Assembly: GCA_020444325.1 (NCBI GenBank)
Contig: JAHLLD010000001.1
Location: 580,964-644,963 of the forward strand
DNA: 64,000 nucleotides
DNA from: a bacterium
GTDB taxonomy: Bacteria > Bacteroidota > Ignavibacteria > SZUA-365
Direction of reading: 5' to 3'
Shown: positions 1-9,068 of the stretch, piece after piece
Position numbering within the stretch: the stretch's first letter is position 1
How the letters are laid out: each line of letters starts with the position of its first letter
The notes under the pieces: model-generated
The model's database searches: none
What the model was told of the DNA's origin: nothing
The model's input: the letters and a program-made list of their open reading frames with translations, nothing else
Program-made: the position numbers and the translations under genes

Positions 1-1992
1 GCCATGGTCCGAAAAGAAGCCGAGACTGTTCTGCACGATACCCTCGCGTCCGTTCCAGTTGACCATGCCAATCGATGTCGGTATCTGATCCGCGCTGCCG
101 CGCAGGTCGCCGTGCACGAGATAGTACGGTCCTTCGACCGCGTTGTGATAGGGGTCGAACATGTCGGTCCACACCCAAACATCGGCGCCGGGGTGATGCT
201 TCTGAATGATGGCCTCGCAGCGCTGAACGTTGTCCGCGAGAATTTCGGCGGGCGAGATGCCGCGCGCCTGGTCGCCTGCATCCCAGTTCATGGTGCGGAT
301 TTCATCATGCTGCATGAAATAGCGGTCCGCCTGCAGCACGCTGTCGAGCACGCGAAATTCACGATCGAGTATCTCATAGACTTCCGGATGCGACATGGTG
401 GACATCACCTGTCCCTCGTTGATCACCACGGCATGATACCACGACACCAGTACCGTGTCGCCTTCCCTCAGCTGTCCCGAGGCCGTTCGCCGCAACATCG
501 GTGGAGTATGATACTTGTCATAATTGCCGAAGTAGCGGTTATTCCCCATATCCGCATCGCGCAGCGTATCGAAATCCGCACCCTCGCTGTACACCAGTGC
601 GAGCTGGGGATGTGACACCGTCACGGGCGCCCCTTCGCGCCGGATGAGATTGACGAAAGCCGTTTCCTCGAAGGAAAGGTCATCCCACCACATGCGGCCC
701 GACTGCGCACCCCAGGTGCCGAAATACAGTCCGACCGTATCCGCTTCCAGCGTGTTGATGGTGAATTCGACCTGCATCCAGTCCGTCGTCGACGGAATGG
801 CGAAATCATTGTATGCCAGGGCGTAGCCCGCATTGCTGAGAACGAAACAATCGATGGACGAAGCGGGCTGCAGGTCTTCGGTTTTCACCCAGGCGCTGAC
901 ATGGTACTGCGTGAAAGGCGTGACTGGCGTCCAGTACGACACGCGTCCATGTCCATGTTCTGGTGAATACTGCGCGAAATTCTCCATGCGCACTGACGTC
1001 GTGCCGGAGTGCTTCACCTGCGTATCGGCAAAGCTGATTTTTCCCGGCTGATCGATGAATGTGAAGCCCGGGAAATTGTCCCCACTGTGCTGCTCGAAAT
1101 CCCCGTTCGGCATCGCCACCTCCGTTCGTGGTACGATGACCGCCTCATCGCCCTGGAACACAAATTTCTGCTGCCGCACCGGGAGTCCCGACGCCAGATT
1201 GGGATTGTGGAATAGCAGACTGTTGGAGTAGCCGATGGGCATGACGCCGGGAATGATTTCCAGCTCCCGTGCCGCGGCATAATCACGCAGGGAAGCCAGC
1301 GAATCGAGATAGCGCGCTGGCAGCGTCGTGGGTCGCGTGAACTTCGAATCCGTCAGATGTACACCGTTGAGCCGATGCGACAGTGCCTCATCCCACAGCG
1401 CTTTCGCCGCGGTGACATTATCGCCCACCAGCACATTCGTAGGATAATAGAACCAGCGCACGGGAAATTCCGGCGCATCGATGATGCGACAGCCTTCGAG
1501 TCCAAACCACCCCGGTTTCGGATACAACATCTGCTTCAGCGTATTGAGCGCGTAACGCATCCCCGCTTCATCCGAAGCATTGACGAGCATGCGCCAGGTC
1601 AGCACATCGATGACATACCCTTCCGGCCCCGGATACGCCGGTGTTACGCGCACGTACTGATCCCCCACCGCAGCCAGCATGGCATTCAGCTCCGCGCTGC
1701 ACACCCCGAAGAAAATTCCGCTCTGCGACGAATCCGCCGGCGAGTACAGCCGAACCTCGAGCGTGTCCTTCCCTTTTTCTCGCAGAAACGCATTGAACGC
1801 CGCCGCCGCTCCGTACAGTGGCCGATCCGGTATAAGGTAGATGGAATGTCCCGCCACCGGTTCAAACACCGCGCTCGTAAAGCGCGAATACGCCTGCCGC
1901 GGCTGCGGATGCAGATCTCTGAAATCCGTCTGCCCGAGTCCCACCCCACTCACGCCAAGCAGCATCACAAAAGCAAACACCACACGTCTCAT
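1..1992 (-). CDS. Secreted protein, C-terminus beyond window edge; N-terminal part looks like a glycoside hydrolase and there is a CBM4/9-like carbohydrate-binding module
   Basis: My own translation of the minus strand from the ATG at 1992 gives MRRVVFAFVMLLGVSGVGLGQTDFRDLHPQ..., an Sec signal peptide. The frame stays open through the stretch I translated (to about 1321). It is absent from the ORF track, which apparently lists only complete ORFs, so it presumably runs off the left edge. Further downstream a stretch reads like a CBM4/9-type module (...YHVSAWVKTEDL...GLYFGTWG...WWDDLSFEE), but that stretch (below about 1321) was not re-derived codon by codon. The plus-strand ORFs 4..615 and 1357..2022 lie antisense to it and are Arg/His-rich. 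Confidence 0.45.
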   Translation of the reverse strand, partial: MRRVVFAFVMLLGVSGVGLGQTDFRDLHPQPRQAYSRFTSAVFEPVAGHSIYLIPDRPLYGAAAAFNAFLREKGKDTLEVRLYSPADSSQSGIFFGVCSAELNAMLAAVGDQYVRVTPAYPGPEGYVIDVLTWRMLVNASDEAGMRYALNTLKQMLYPKPGWFGLEGCRIIDAPEFPVRWFYYPTNVLVGDNVTAAKALWDEALSHRLNGVHLTDSKFTRPTTLPARYLDSLASLRDYAAARELEIIPGVMPIGYSNSLLFHNPNLASGLPVRQQKFVFQGDEAVIVPRTEVAMPNGDFEQHSGDNFPGFTFIDQPGKISFADTQVKHSGTTSVRMENFAQYSPEHGHGRVSYWTPVTPFTQYHVSAWVKTEDLQPASSIDCFVLSNAGYALAYNDFAIPSTTDWMQVEFTINTLEADTVGLYFGTWGAQSGRMWWDDLSFEETAFVNLIRREGAPVTVSHPQLALVYSEGADFDTLRDADMGNNRYFGNYDKYHTPPMLRRTASGQLREGDTVLVSWYHAVVINEGQVMSTMSHPEVYEILDREFRVLDSVLQADRYFMQHDEIRTMNWDAGDQARGISPAEILADNVQRCEAIIQKHHPGADVWVWTDMFDPYHNAVEGPYYLVHGDLRGSADQIPTSIGMVNWNGREGIVQNSLGFFSDHG

Positions 1993-2003
1993 CGCATCAC
2001 CCG

Positions 2004-2060
2004 TCAGATTGCAGATTCTTGATTTCAAATTGCAGATTGCAGATAACAGATCGCAGATTG
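2004..2060. repeat. Cluster of six CAGAT(T) / TTGCAGAT short repeats in the divergent intergenic region
   Basis: Read directly: tcagattgcagattcttgatttcaaattgcagattgcagataacagatcgcagattg. Six CAGAT copies sit within 57 bp, just upstream of the ATG of the minus-strand gene that begins at 1992. Confidence 0.5.
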
Positions 2061-2149
2061 AGGACTATAGAAATATAGAAAGATCGAAAGATGGAATCAT
2101 CCTCTGAACGCCGCCGAGCGCCTATGTCCGCCGAAGCTTGAGCAAAGCG

Positions 2150-2262
2150 AAAGCGAAGGAGGAAGCGAGGCTCCCGCATTCCTGAGCGCCAGCGAAGGCA
2201 CTCCCGCGTTCCTGAGCATCAGCGAAGGAACTCAGGCGCGACCGCAAGGCGGTCGCTCTCTG
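2150..2262. repeat. Three imperfect direct repeats of roughly 27 bp (AGCGAAGG..CTCCCGCrTTCCTGAGC), followed by a perfect hairpin gcgaccgcAAGGcggtcgc
   Basis: Read directly in the long 5' region of the gene starting at 2320: agcgaaggaggaagcgaggctcccgcattcctgagcgcc / agcgaaggcactcccgcgttcctgagcatc / agcgaaggaactcaggcgcgaccgcaaggcggtcgc. Confidence 0.4.
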
Positions 2263-2319
2263 CCTTGCTTCCGACGCCGTTCGCCGATAAATTGAATTTT
2301 TTACCATAGATCGAAATTC

Positions 2320-4452
2320 ATGACCTTTCTCAATCCCCTGTATCTCCTCGCGCTGGCGGCTGCGGCAATTCCCATTATCCTGCATCTTCTGAATCTGCGG
2401 AAGTCGCGGGTGATTGAATTCAGCACGCTGAGTTTTCTCAAGGAGCTGCAGCGGAGTAAAATCCGCAAGCTGAAGCTGAAACAGTGGCTGCTGCTCGCGC
2501 TGCGTACGCTGATCATCATCTTTGTCGTCCTCGCCTTCACGCGTCCCGCCCTGCGCTCGGGTTTCGGTTTTCTTCCCGGTACAACCGCGAAAACATCGGT
2601 GGTCATTGTGATGGACAATTCGTTCAGCATGATGGTGTCGGACGAACACGGTCAGCTGCTCAAGCAGGCGCGGCAAAAGGCATTACAGATCGTTGATCTC
2701 ATGCGTCCGGGAGACGATGCGGCGCTGGTGCTCACCACCGCTCCGCAGCAGACGCGCGCGTTTACCGCAGCGCTCAATGCCATTCGCGGAGATATCGAAG
2801 ACGTGACCGTCTCGTACGCGCATGGCGATTACGCAGAGGCGATGACTGCCGCGAGCGCTCTGCTCGCACAGAGCGGCAATTTCAACAAGGAAGTCTATGT
2901 CATCACCGACCGGCAGCGCTCCCAGTTTGCTTCAGCCGAACAATCGCCGCGCGCGCTGTTCGACGGCAGTACGCGCGTGTTCATCCTGCCTCTGGGGGAC
3001 GAACAGACAGGAAACGCCGCCGTTGTGGATGCCGAAGTGCGCAACGCCATATTTGAAAGCGGCAAGCCGGTTGACGTACGCGGTACGATTCGGAATGCCT
3101 CTGCGTCGGATATGAGTTCATCCATCGTTTCGGTGTTCCTCGACGGAGAGCGTGTTTCCCAGCAGACAGTGAGCGTGCAATCCGGTGGAACAGCGCAGGT
3201 GGACTTCACCGTGCTCCCCCGCCGCGCGGGATGGATCGAGGGCTTTATCGAACTCGAAGACGACGCGCTGCCCGAGGACAACCGCCGCTACTTCTCATTT
3301 CATATTCCTGAGAAGCTCAACATTCTTCTCGGACCCGCGTCGGGGAAGGACGCTGCCATTCTTCAGCTGGCGCTGAATCCAACGCAGGAAGAAACCGACA
3401 TCGCGAAGGGATTCAATATCGATGCCGCCGATCGCGGCAGTCTGCTCTCCGCAAATCTCAGCCGCTACGATGTTGTCATCCTGCTCGGTGCCCGCGACCT
3501 TTCATCGGCCTTCATCCAGCGCCTGGCTTCCTGGCTCCGAGATGGTGGCAGCGTCATGCTCTTCCCGGATGCCGACGGCAATGTCGACACCTGGTCAAAC
3601 GATCTGCTACCCGCGCTCGGACTCCCCGCCGCGCAGGGAAGCACCGGATCGCTCACAGAGGGAGCATCATTCATCACCTTCGGCGCGGTGGATTTCGACC
3701 ATCCGTTGTTCGCGAACATTTTTGCCAGTGAAGAAAGCGACGAAGCACGGCAAATCGATTCACCACAGCTGTATTACACGATAAAACTGCGTGGAAATGA
3801 ACGTGCGCGGCAGGTCATCAACACCAGCAATGGCGACGCATTTCTGCTCGACGCTCCCGTGGGTGAGGGTCGCGCGCTGGTATATGCTGTCAATCCTTCC
3901 CTGCGCTGGTCCGATTTCGCGCTGAAAGGAATCTTCGTTCCTCTTCTGAACCGGTCGATGTACTATCTCTCCGCTCGTGAAGACAATACCTTCCAGATGG
4001 ATATGGGCGCGACGGCCGAACTCACTGTCCCCAGCAGTGCGGCTGGTGAGGCGCTGTTCGAACTTCGCGGCGCGGAAGGCAGTGTGCAGCGCATCGTGCC
4101 GAAATCACTGCCGTCAGGACTCGTATTCCCCATCACTTCGCCCGATCGTCCCGGGGTGTACACACTCAACAGTGGCGACAATATCCTGCGCTCTGTCACC
4201 GTCAATACCGACCCGGCCGAATCCGATCTCGCTCAGGCCGACGCGGAACAGGAGCGCGCGTTCTTCCAGCGCCTCGGCATCGAGAAGCCCATGGAACTCG
4301 GCGTCCATGTCGACGTTTCGCAGGCGGTGGCCGAAGTGCGCTTCGGTGTGGAACTCTGGAAATACATGATCGCGCTGGCATTGCTGTGCGCACTGATCGA
4401 GATGCTGGTCGCACGCGACGTCAAGCGCGCGCAGCTCGAAATGGAAAAATAA
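2320..4452 (+). CDS. BatA-like membrane protein: N-terminal double-transmembrane domain plus a von Willebrand factor A (vWA) domain
   Basis: N-terminus MTFLNPLYLLALAAAAIPIILHLLNLRK matches the conserved N-terminal double-TM anchor of the BatA/aerotolerance-related family, and a second TM segment follows. A vWA metal-binding (MIDAS) motif VVIVMDNSFSM (DxSxS) is present. Length 710 aa. Confidence 0.7.
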   Translation: MTFLNPLYLLALAAAAIPIILHLLNLRKSRVIEFSTLSFLKELQRSKIRKLKLKQWLLLALRTLIIIFVVLAFTRPALRSGFGFLPGTTAKTSVVIVMDNSFSMMVSDEHGQLLKQARQKALQIVDLMRPGDDAALVLTTAPQQTRAFTAALNAIRGDIEDVTVSYAHGDYAEAMTAASALLAQSGNFNKEVYVITDRQRSQFASAEQSPRALFDGSTRVFILPLGDEQTGNAAVVDAEVRNAIFESGKPVDVRGTIRNASASDMSSSIVSVFLDGERVSQQTVSVQSGGTAQVDFTVLPRRAGWIEGFIELEDDALPEDNRRYFSFHIPEKLNILLGPASGKDAAILQLALNPTQEETDIAKGFNIDAADRGSLLSANLSRYDVVILLGARDLSSAFIQRLASWLRDGGSVMLFPDADGNVDTWSNDLLPALGLPAAQGSTGSLTEGASFITFGAVDFDHPLFANIFASEESDEARQIDSPQLYYTIKLRGNERARQVINTSNGDAFLLDAPVGEGRALVYAVNPSLRWSDFALKGIFVPLLNRSMYYLSAREDNTFQMDMGATAELTVPSSAAGEALFELRGAEGSVQRIVPKSLPSGLVFPITSPDRPGVYTLNSGDNILRSVTVNTDPAESDLAQADAEQERAFFQRLGIEKPMELGVHVDVSQAVAEVRFGVELWKYMIALALLCALIEMLVARDVKRAQLEMEK

Positions 4453-4476
4453 TTGTAACACCCCATCCGGTAATGC

Positions 4477-5994
4477 ATGCAGGAAAACGATAAGGAATAC
4501 AGGGAAGAAGAGGACGAGCGCACGCCGGCCTATGAAGAGGACATCTCTCCGGCCGGGGATGACCCGGCTGGGGATGACCCGGCTGGGGATGACCCGGCTG
4601 GGGATGACCCGGTCGAGGAAGAAAGTGCGCATGAACCATACTGGGAGGAACCGGTGGATGAAGAGCCGGAAGATGAGGGACGCAGCTACGTCAAGCCTTC
4701 CGAACGGTTGTACGACACCGCACGCAGCGTTGAACGGGTCATACTTGTCGGCGTCTCGCGTCCCCCTTCGCAGATGCGCTTTGAAACCGACGAACATCTC
4801 GAGGAGCTCGAACTGCTCACCGAAACCGCGGGGGCCGAGGTGGTGGAAAAGATTTTCCAGAACCGCGCGGCCATCAGTGTCACCATGTTCATCGGCAAAG
4901 GAAAGGCGGAGTTCCTCGCAGAGCGCTGTGAAGAACTCGACGTGCAGACGGTGATTTTCGACGATGACCTGTCGCCGGTGCAGCAGCGCAACCTTGAGCG
5001 CAAGCTCAATCGCAAAGTCATCGATCGCACTTCCCTCATCCTCGATATTTTCGCCCTGCATGCGCGCACCAACGCGGCGAAGACGCAGGTCGAACTCGCG
5101 CAGTACGAATACCTGCTTCCGCGGCTCACACGTATGTGGACGCATCTCTCAAAGCAGTACGGCGGTATCGGCACCAAGGGTCCGGGTGAAACCCAGATCG
5201 AAACCGATCGCCGAATCGTGCGCGACCGTATCGCGCATTTGAAGGACAAACTCGCGCGCGTCGATCGCCAGCGTGCCACGCAGCGAAAGAATCGCCGCGA
5301 CACCACACGTGTTTCCCTCGTGGGATATACCAACGTCGGGAAATCCACCCTGCTCAACATGCTCACCGGCGCGGATGTACTGGCGGAGGACAAGCTGTTC
5401 GCGACGCTTGATTCGACCGTGCGCTCTGTGGACATCGAGGGACGCGAGGTGCTGTTTTCCGACACCGTCGGCTTCATCCGCAAGCTGCCTACCAGGCTGA
5501 TTGAGAGTTTCAAGAGTACGCTCGATGAAGTGGTCGAGGCGGACATCATCCTGCATGTGGCCGATGTTTCGCATCCGTCATTCAAGGAGCAGATCGAGGT
5601 GGTGCGCGATACGCTCAAGGAACTCGGTGCGGAGCAGACTCCGACCATCATGGTGTTCAACAAAATCGACCGCATGGAGAATACCGGGGCGATGGCGGGA
5701 CTCAAGAGCGAGTACCCGTACGCGGTGTTCATTTCCGCGGCGCGCGGCATCAATCTCGGCGAACTCAAAGCCGCCGTGCTGCTCATGCTCGAAGAGCAGC
5801 ATCGGGAAAAGACTTTCGTCATCAGTCCCCCCGACTTCGCAATCGCCGCTGAATTCCACCGCCTCGCACGCATCGTCGATGAGCGCTACGAGGAAGACCA
5901 TATAGAAATTCGCTGTGTCCTGCCGCCTGACGCCGAACAGCGGCTGCTGAATGTACACGCGGGAAAGGTGCGTGTGACGGAGAACAATGCATGA
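4477..5994 (+). CDS. hflX: GTPase HflX with an acidic N-terminal extension of about 70 aa
   Basis: It aligns along its whole length to E. coli HflX in my recall (VIDRTSLILDIFALHARTNAAKTQVELAQYEYLLPRL, GPGETQIETDRR, G1 motif GYTNVGKST, and DTVGF). The N-terminus is an Asp/Glu-rich stretch containing PAGDDx4. Confidence 0.9.
   Translation: MQENDKEYREEEDERTPAYEEDISPAGDDPAGDDPAGDDPAGDDPVEEESAHEPYWEEPVDEEPEDEGRSYVKPSERLYDTARSVERVILVGVSRPPSQMRFETDEHLEELELLTETAGAEVVEKIFQNRAAISVTMFIGKGKAEFLAERCEELDVQTVIFDDDLSPVQQRNLERKLNRKVIDRTSLILDIFALHARTNAAKTQVELAQYEYLLPRLTRMWTHLSKQYGGIGTKGPGETQIETDRRIVRDRIAHLKDKLARVDRQRATQRKNRRDTTRVSLVGYTNVGKSTLLNMLTGADVLAEDKLFATLDSTVRSVDIEGREVLFSDTVGFIRKLPTRLIESFKSTLDEVVEADIILHVADVSHPSFKEQIEVVRDTLKELGAEQTPTIMVFNKIDRMENTGAMAGLKSEYPYAVFISAARGINLGELKAAVLLMLEEQHREKTFVISPPDFAIAAEFHRLARIVDERYEEDHIEIRCVLPPDAEQRLLNVHAGKVRVTENNA
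4549..4608 (+). repeat. 15-bp tandem repeat x4 (ccggcYggggatgac), encoding PAGDD x4 inside hflX
   Basis: Read directly: ccggccggggatgac ccggctggggatgac ccggctggggatgac ccggctggggatgac. Confidence 0.9.
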
Positions 5995-8240
5995 CACGAC
6001 TTCTCGTCCGGCTGTTTTTCTTCGCACTGCTGCTGTTTCCCGCTTCTGCCTTCAGCCAGGGAGTGATTTCCGGCACAGTGCAGGAGGCTGAAAGCGGGGA
6101 AGCCGTCATTGGCGCGAACGTGATTCTCGCCGGCACCGGCAAGGGCGCCGCCACCAACCGTTACGGCTATTTCGCACTGGCCGGCATTCAGCCCGGCAGC
6201 TACACCCTGCGCATTTCGGCCGTGGGATATCGAACGGATGAAAGGGAAATCGAAATCACGAAAAGCGATGAAATTCGTCTTCTCGTTTCGCTGCAGCCTT
6301 CCGTTATCGAACTCGGTGCCGTTTCCATCGAAGCCACCAGGCAGGAAGCAGAAGCCCGCAGGCTCAGCTCAGTCGACGTGCCCATCGAACAGATCCTGCG
6401 TCTGCCCTCCCTTGGCGGTGAAGTGGACGTCTTCCGCGCCCTGCAGCTGCTGCCCGGCGTGCAGGCGGCCTCGGAGATTTCTTCAGGATTGTACATCCGC
6501 GGCGGCAGTCCCGATCAGAACCTCGTGCTTCTCGACCGCATGGTACTGTACAATCCCTCCCATCTTGGCGGTTTCCTCAGCACCTTCAATGCGGACGCCA
6601 TCAATAACGTCACCCTGGTAAAAGGCGCGATGCCGGCGGAGTACGGGGGACGCCTTTCCTCGGTCGTTGACGTCACGATGCGCGAAGGGGGACGCGATCG
6701 CATTCGCGGCGCAGGCGGCATCAGCATGATCGATTCCCGTCTGACGATTGACGGTCCGATCAACGAAGACATTACCTTCATGCTCTCGGGTCGCCGGGTG
6801 TACCTCGACTGGCTGGTCGACCTGATGTCGGATGATGCCTCGCTCAATTACTACTTTTACGACCTCGTGGCGAAGACGAATATCCGTCTCGGGGATAATG
6901 ATCGCCTGTTCTTCTCCGGCTTTTTCGGCCGCGACGTCATGGGCGAGCCTTTCGATGACGATGACGATTTCAATGTCAGCTGGGGAAACAGCGCCGGCAA
7001 TCTGCGATGGACGCATATTTTCGGCTCCAAGCTCTTCACCAACGTGTCGGCGGTGATCAGCGATTACCATTTCAGTTCGGAATTCCAGGAATGGGACGAC
7101 ACGCGCTTCAAGAGCATCTCCGGCATTCTGGACTATTCACTGCGCGTGGAAGCCGAGTACTTTCATTCCGCCGAACACAGCTTCAAGCTCGGACTCGAAA
7201 ACACCCTGCACACCTTCACCTCGGAAGCTTCCTCCGACCGCAGCGAGTTCACGGAATTCGATCCTCACCTTCCCACACATCGCGGCACGGAAGTATCGCT
7301 GTTCATGCAGGATGAGTGGAAACTCTCGCCGCAGTTCACGGCGCAGATCGGGGGACGCGCATTTTATTTCGACCGGGGACCCTATTTCCGCTTCGAACCG
7401 CGTCTCGCGGCCTTCTACACATTCGACAATGAGGTGACGCTCAAGGCGGCGTTCATCGGCGCCAACCAGTTCCTCCACCTCGTCACACGCAATGACATCA
7501 CCCTGCCGACCGACATGTGGTTTCCCTCCACTTCCAGTCTGCCACCGTCGTATTCCCTGCAGTATGTACTCGGGGCCAGCCGCGATTTCGACGACGGCAT
7601 GTACAGCGTTTCGCTCGAAGGATATTACAAGAGCATGAATAACCTGCTCGAGTTCCGCGACAACGCGTACTTCAGCATCTTCGCGCCGCTCGAGGAAGAA
7701 CTGACCGGCGGCGACGGACGCAGCTACGGTGCGGAAGTGTTCATTCAGAAGCGGAAAGGAAATTTCACCGGCTGGCTGGGCTATACCCTGGCATGGACCG
7801 ACCGCACCTTCCCGGAACTCAACGACGGGAAAACCTTTCCCCCCCGCTACGACCGTCGACACGATATCAGTCTCGTCCTCAACTACCGGCTCGGGGAGAA
7901 CTGGGAATTCACCGGTGTGTGGGTGTATGGTACGGGACAGGCGTTCACTTTTCCCGTCGCGCAGTACACGCTCGACATCAACGACGGTGTCAAGCTGCTG
8001 TATTCCGATCGCAACGGCTACCGTCTCCCCGCCTACCACCGCCTCGATCTGAATTTCAGTTACGGCTTCAAGTGGTTCGGGTGGGACTGGAAAGCCAGCA
8101 TCAATCTTTACAACACGTACAATCACCTGAATCCGTTCTCGCGCTATCTCGATTACGACTGGCAGACGGACAGCTGGAAGCTGAAACAGATCACGCTGTT
8201 CCCGCTGCTGCCGACCTTCGGACTCAGTTTCCGCTTCTGA
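5991..8240 (+). CDS. TonB-dependent outer-membrane receptor with an N-terminal carboxypeptidase-regulatory-like domain
   Basis: Signal peptide MTRLLVRLFFFALLLFPASAFSQG. GVISGTVQEAESGEAVIGANVIL...GSYTLRISAVGYRTDE is a CarbopepD_reg-like domain, followed by a plug region and a beta-barrel ending in the terminal Phe (...FGLSFRF). The start ATG overlaps the hflX stop (ATGA at 5991-5994). Confidence 0.8.
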   Translation: MTRLLVRLFFFALLLFPASAFSQGVISGTVQEAESGEAVIGANVILAGTGKGAATNRYGYFALAGIQPGSYTLRISAVGYRTDEREIEITKSDEIRLLVSLQPSVIELGAVSIEATRQEAEARRLSSVDVPIEQILRLPSLGGEVDVFRALQLLPGVQAASEISSGLYIRGGSPDQNLVLLDRMVLYNPSHLGGFLSTFNADAINNVTLVKGAMPAEYGGRLSSVVDVTMREGGRDRIRGAGGISMIDSRLTIDGPINEDITFMLSGRRVYLDWLVDLMSDDASLNYYFYDLVAKTNIRLGDNDRLFFSGFFGRDVMGEPFDDDDDFNVSWGNSAGNLRWTHIFGSKLFTNVSAVISDYHFSSEFQEWDDTRFKSISGILDYSLRVEAEYFHSAEHSFKLGLENTLHTFTSEASSDRSEFTEFDPHLPTHRGTEVSLFMQDEWKLSPQFTAQIGGRAFYFDRGPYFRFEPRLAAFYTFDNEVTLKAAFIGANQFLHLVTRNDITLPTDMWFPSTSSLPPSYSLQYVLGASRDFDDGMYSVSLEGYYKSMNNLLEFRDNAYFSIFAPLEEELTGGDGRSYGAEVFIQKRKGNFTGWLGYTLAWTDRTFPELNDGKTFPPRYDRRHDISLVLNYRLGENWEFTGVWVYGTGQAFTFPVAQYTLDINDGVKLLYSDRNGYRLPAYHRLDLNFSYGFKWFGWDWKASINLYNTYNHLNPFSRYLDYDWQTDSWKLKQITLFPLLPTFGLSFRF

Positions 8241-8243
8241 TAC

Positions 8244-9068
8244 ATGAAACACACAGCCGCCATACTGCTCGCGCTCATGTTGTTCACAGGTTGTGAACAG
8301 ACGGTGGATACCGACTGGCCGGATCATGAAGAGAAACTCGTCGTCACCGGTTTTCTTCAGTTTCGCACGGATTCGGTGTTCGTCTACGCGCGTGTGAATC
8401 GTACGCTTCCGCTCTCCGAGCCGTTCAATGACAGCAAGGCCATCATCAACGATGCGCTCGTACAGGTGCGCGACGCAGCCATAACGCATGATATCCCGCG
8501 CGACAGCAGGTTTTATCCCCTCCAGTATGATTTCAATTACCGGGGTGTGTTCGTGCGTGATGCCAGCAAAGACTACTCCTTCACCGTCAGGCAGGGAGGA
8601 AAAACAGCGAACGCAGCACTGATAATTGATGAGAGCAGCGCGGAGTTTGATCAACTCGAGATCAGCGAGACAGGGAGTTCCGGATACGTGCACGCGCGGT
8701 GGACACTGCGCACACCGGACAGGCGCAGTACTGTTACCTGCTATTTCGAACACTGGGACAGCCGTCATCAGACCTGGATGGAGACCCAGTATTTTGATCT
8801 CAACGATTACAGTCAGCGTGACGGCGACGTCCTTCGCGGCGAGAGCTATGTGTGGACGGGTACGAACGAAACGCATCCCCGCCTTCGCTACGTCCTTGTC
8901 GTACGCGATGGCGTGTACACTGATTACAGCAATACACGCTGGTCGTGGGACAGCGGTGGAGGCATTTTCGAGCCTGAATCGAAAAACCCTCCATTCAACG
9001 TAACCGGCGATGGCATCGGTTTTGTCTGGTATGAATTCCGGGGAGATCCCGTGGAGGTTGTCTATTGA
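8244..9068 (+). CDS. Lipoprotein, DUF4249-like, a family often paired with TonB-dependent receptors (copy 1)
   Basis: Lipoprotein signal MKHTAAILLALMLFTGC. It sits immediately downstream of the receptor gene. It has the same length and the same N- and C-terminal patterns as the following ORF (GCEQT...EEKLVV...; ...GDGIGFVWYEFRG). Confidence 0.5.
   Translation: MKHTAAILLALMLFTGCEQTVDTDWPDHEEKLVVTGFLQFRTDSVFVYARVNRTLPLSEPFNDSKAIINDALVQVRDAAITHDIPRDSRFYPLQYDFNYRGVFVRDASKDYSFTVRQGGKTANAALIIDESSAEFDQLEISETGSSGYVHARWTLRTPDRRSTVTCYFEHWDSRHQTWMETQYFDLNDYSQRDGDVLRGESYVWTGTNETHPRLRYVLVVRDGVYTDYSNTRWSWDSGGGIFEPESKNPPFNVTGDGIGFVWYEFRGDPVEVVY

Noticed and set aside
4-2022. Plus-strand ORFs 4..615 and 1357..2022
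   Set aside because: They are antisense to the open-ended minus-strand gene that begins with a signal peptide at 1992. Both are Arg/His-rich.
4114-5873. Long minus-strand ORFs (343 aa and 395 aa) overlapping hflX and the end of the vWA gene
   Set aside because: They are antisense to hflX, which aligns collinearly with characterised HflX. The reverse frames are Ser/Arg-rich and low in complexity.
7137-8876. 579-aa ORF on the minus strand inside the TonB-dependent receptor gene
   Set aside because: It is fully antisense to a gene with a clear signal peptide, plug and barrel architecture. Its composition is Arg/Gly/Val-rich with no motifs. It is typical of the antisense open frames a high-GC gene produces.
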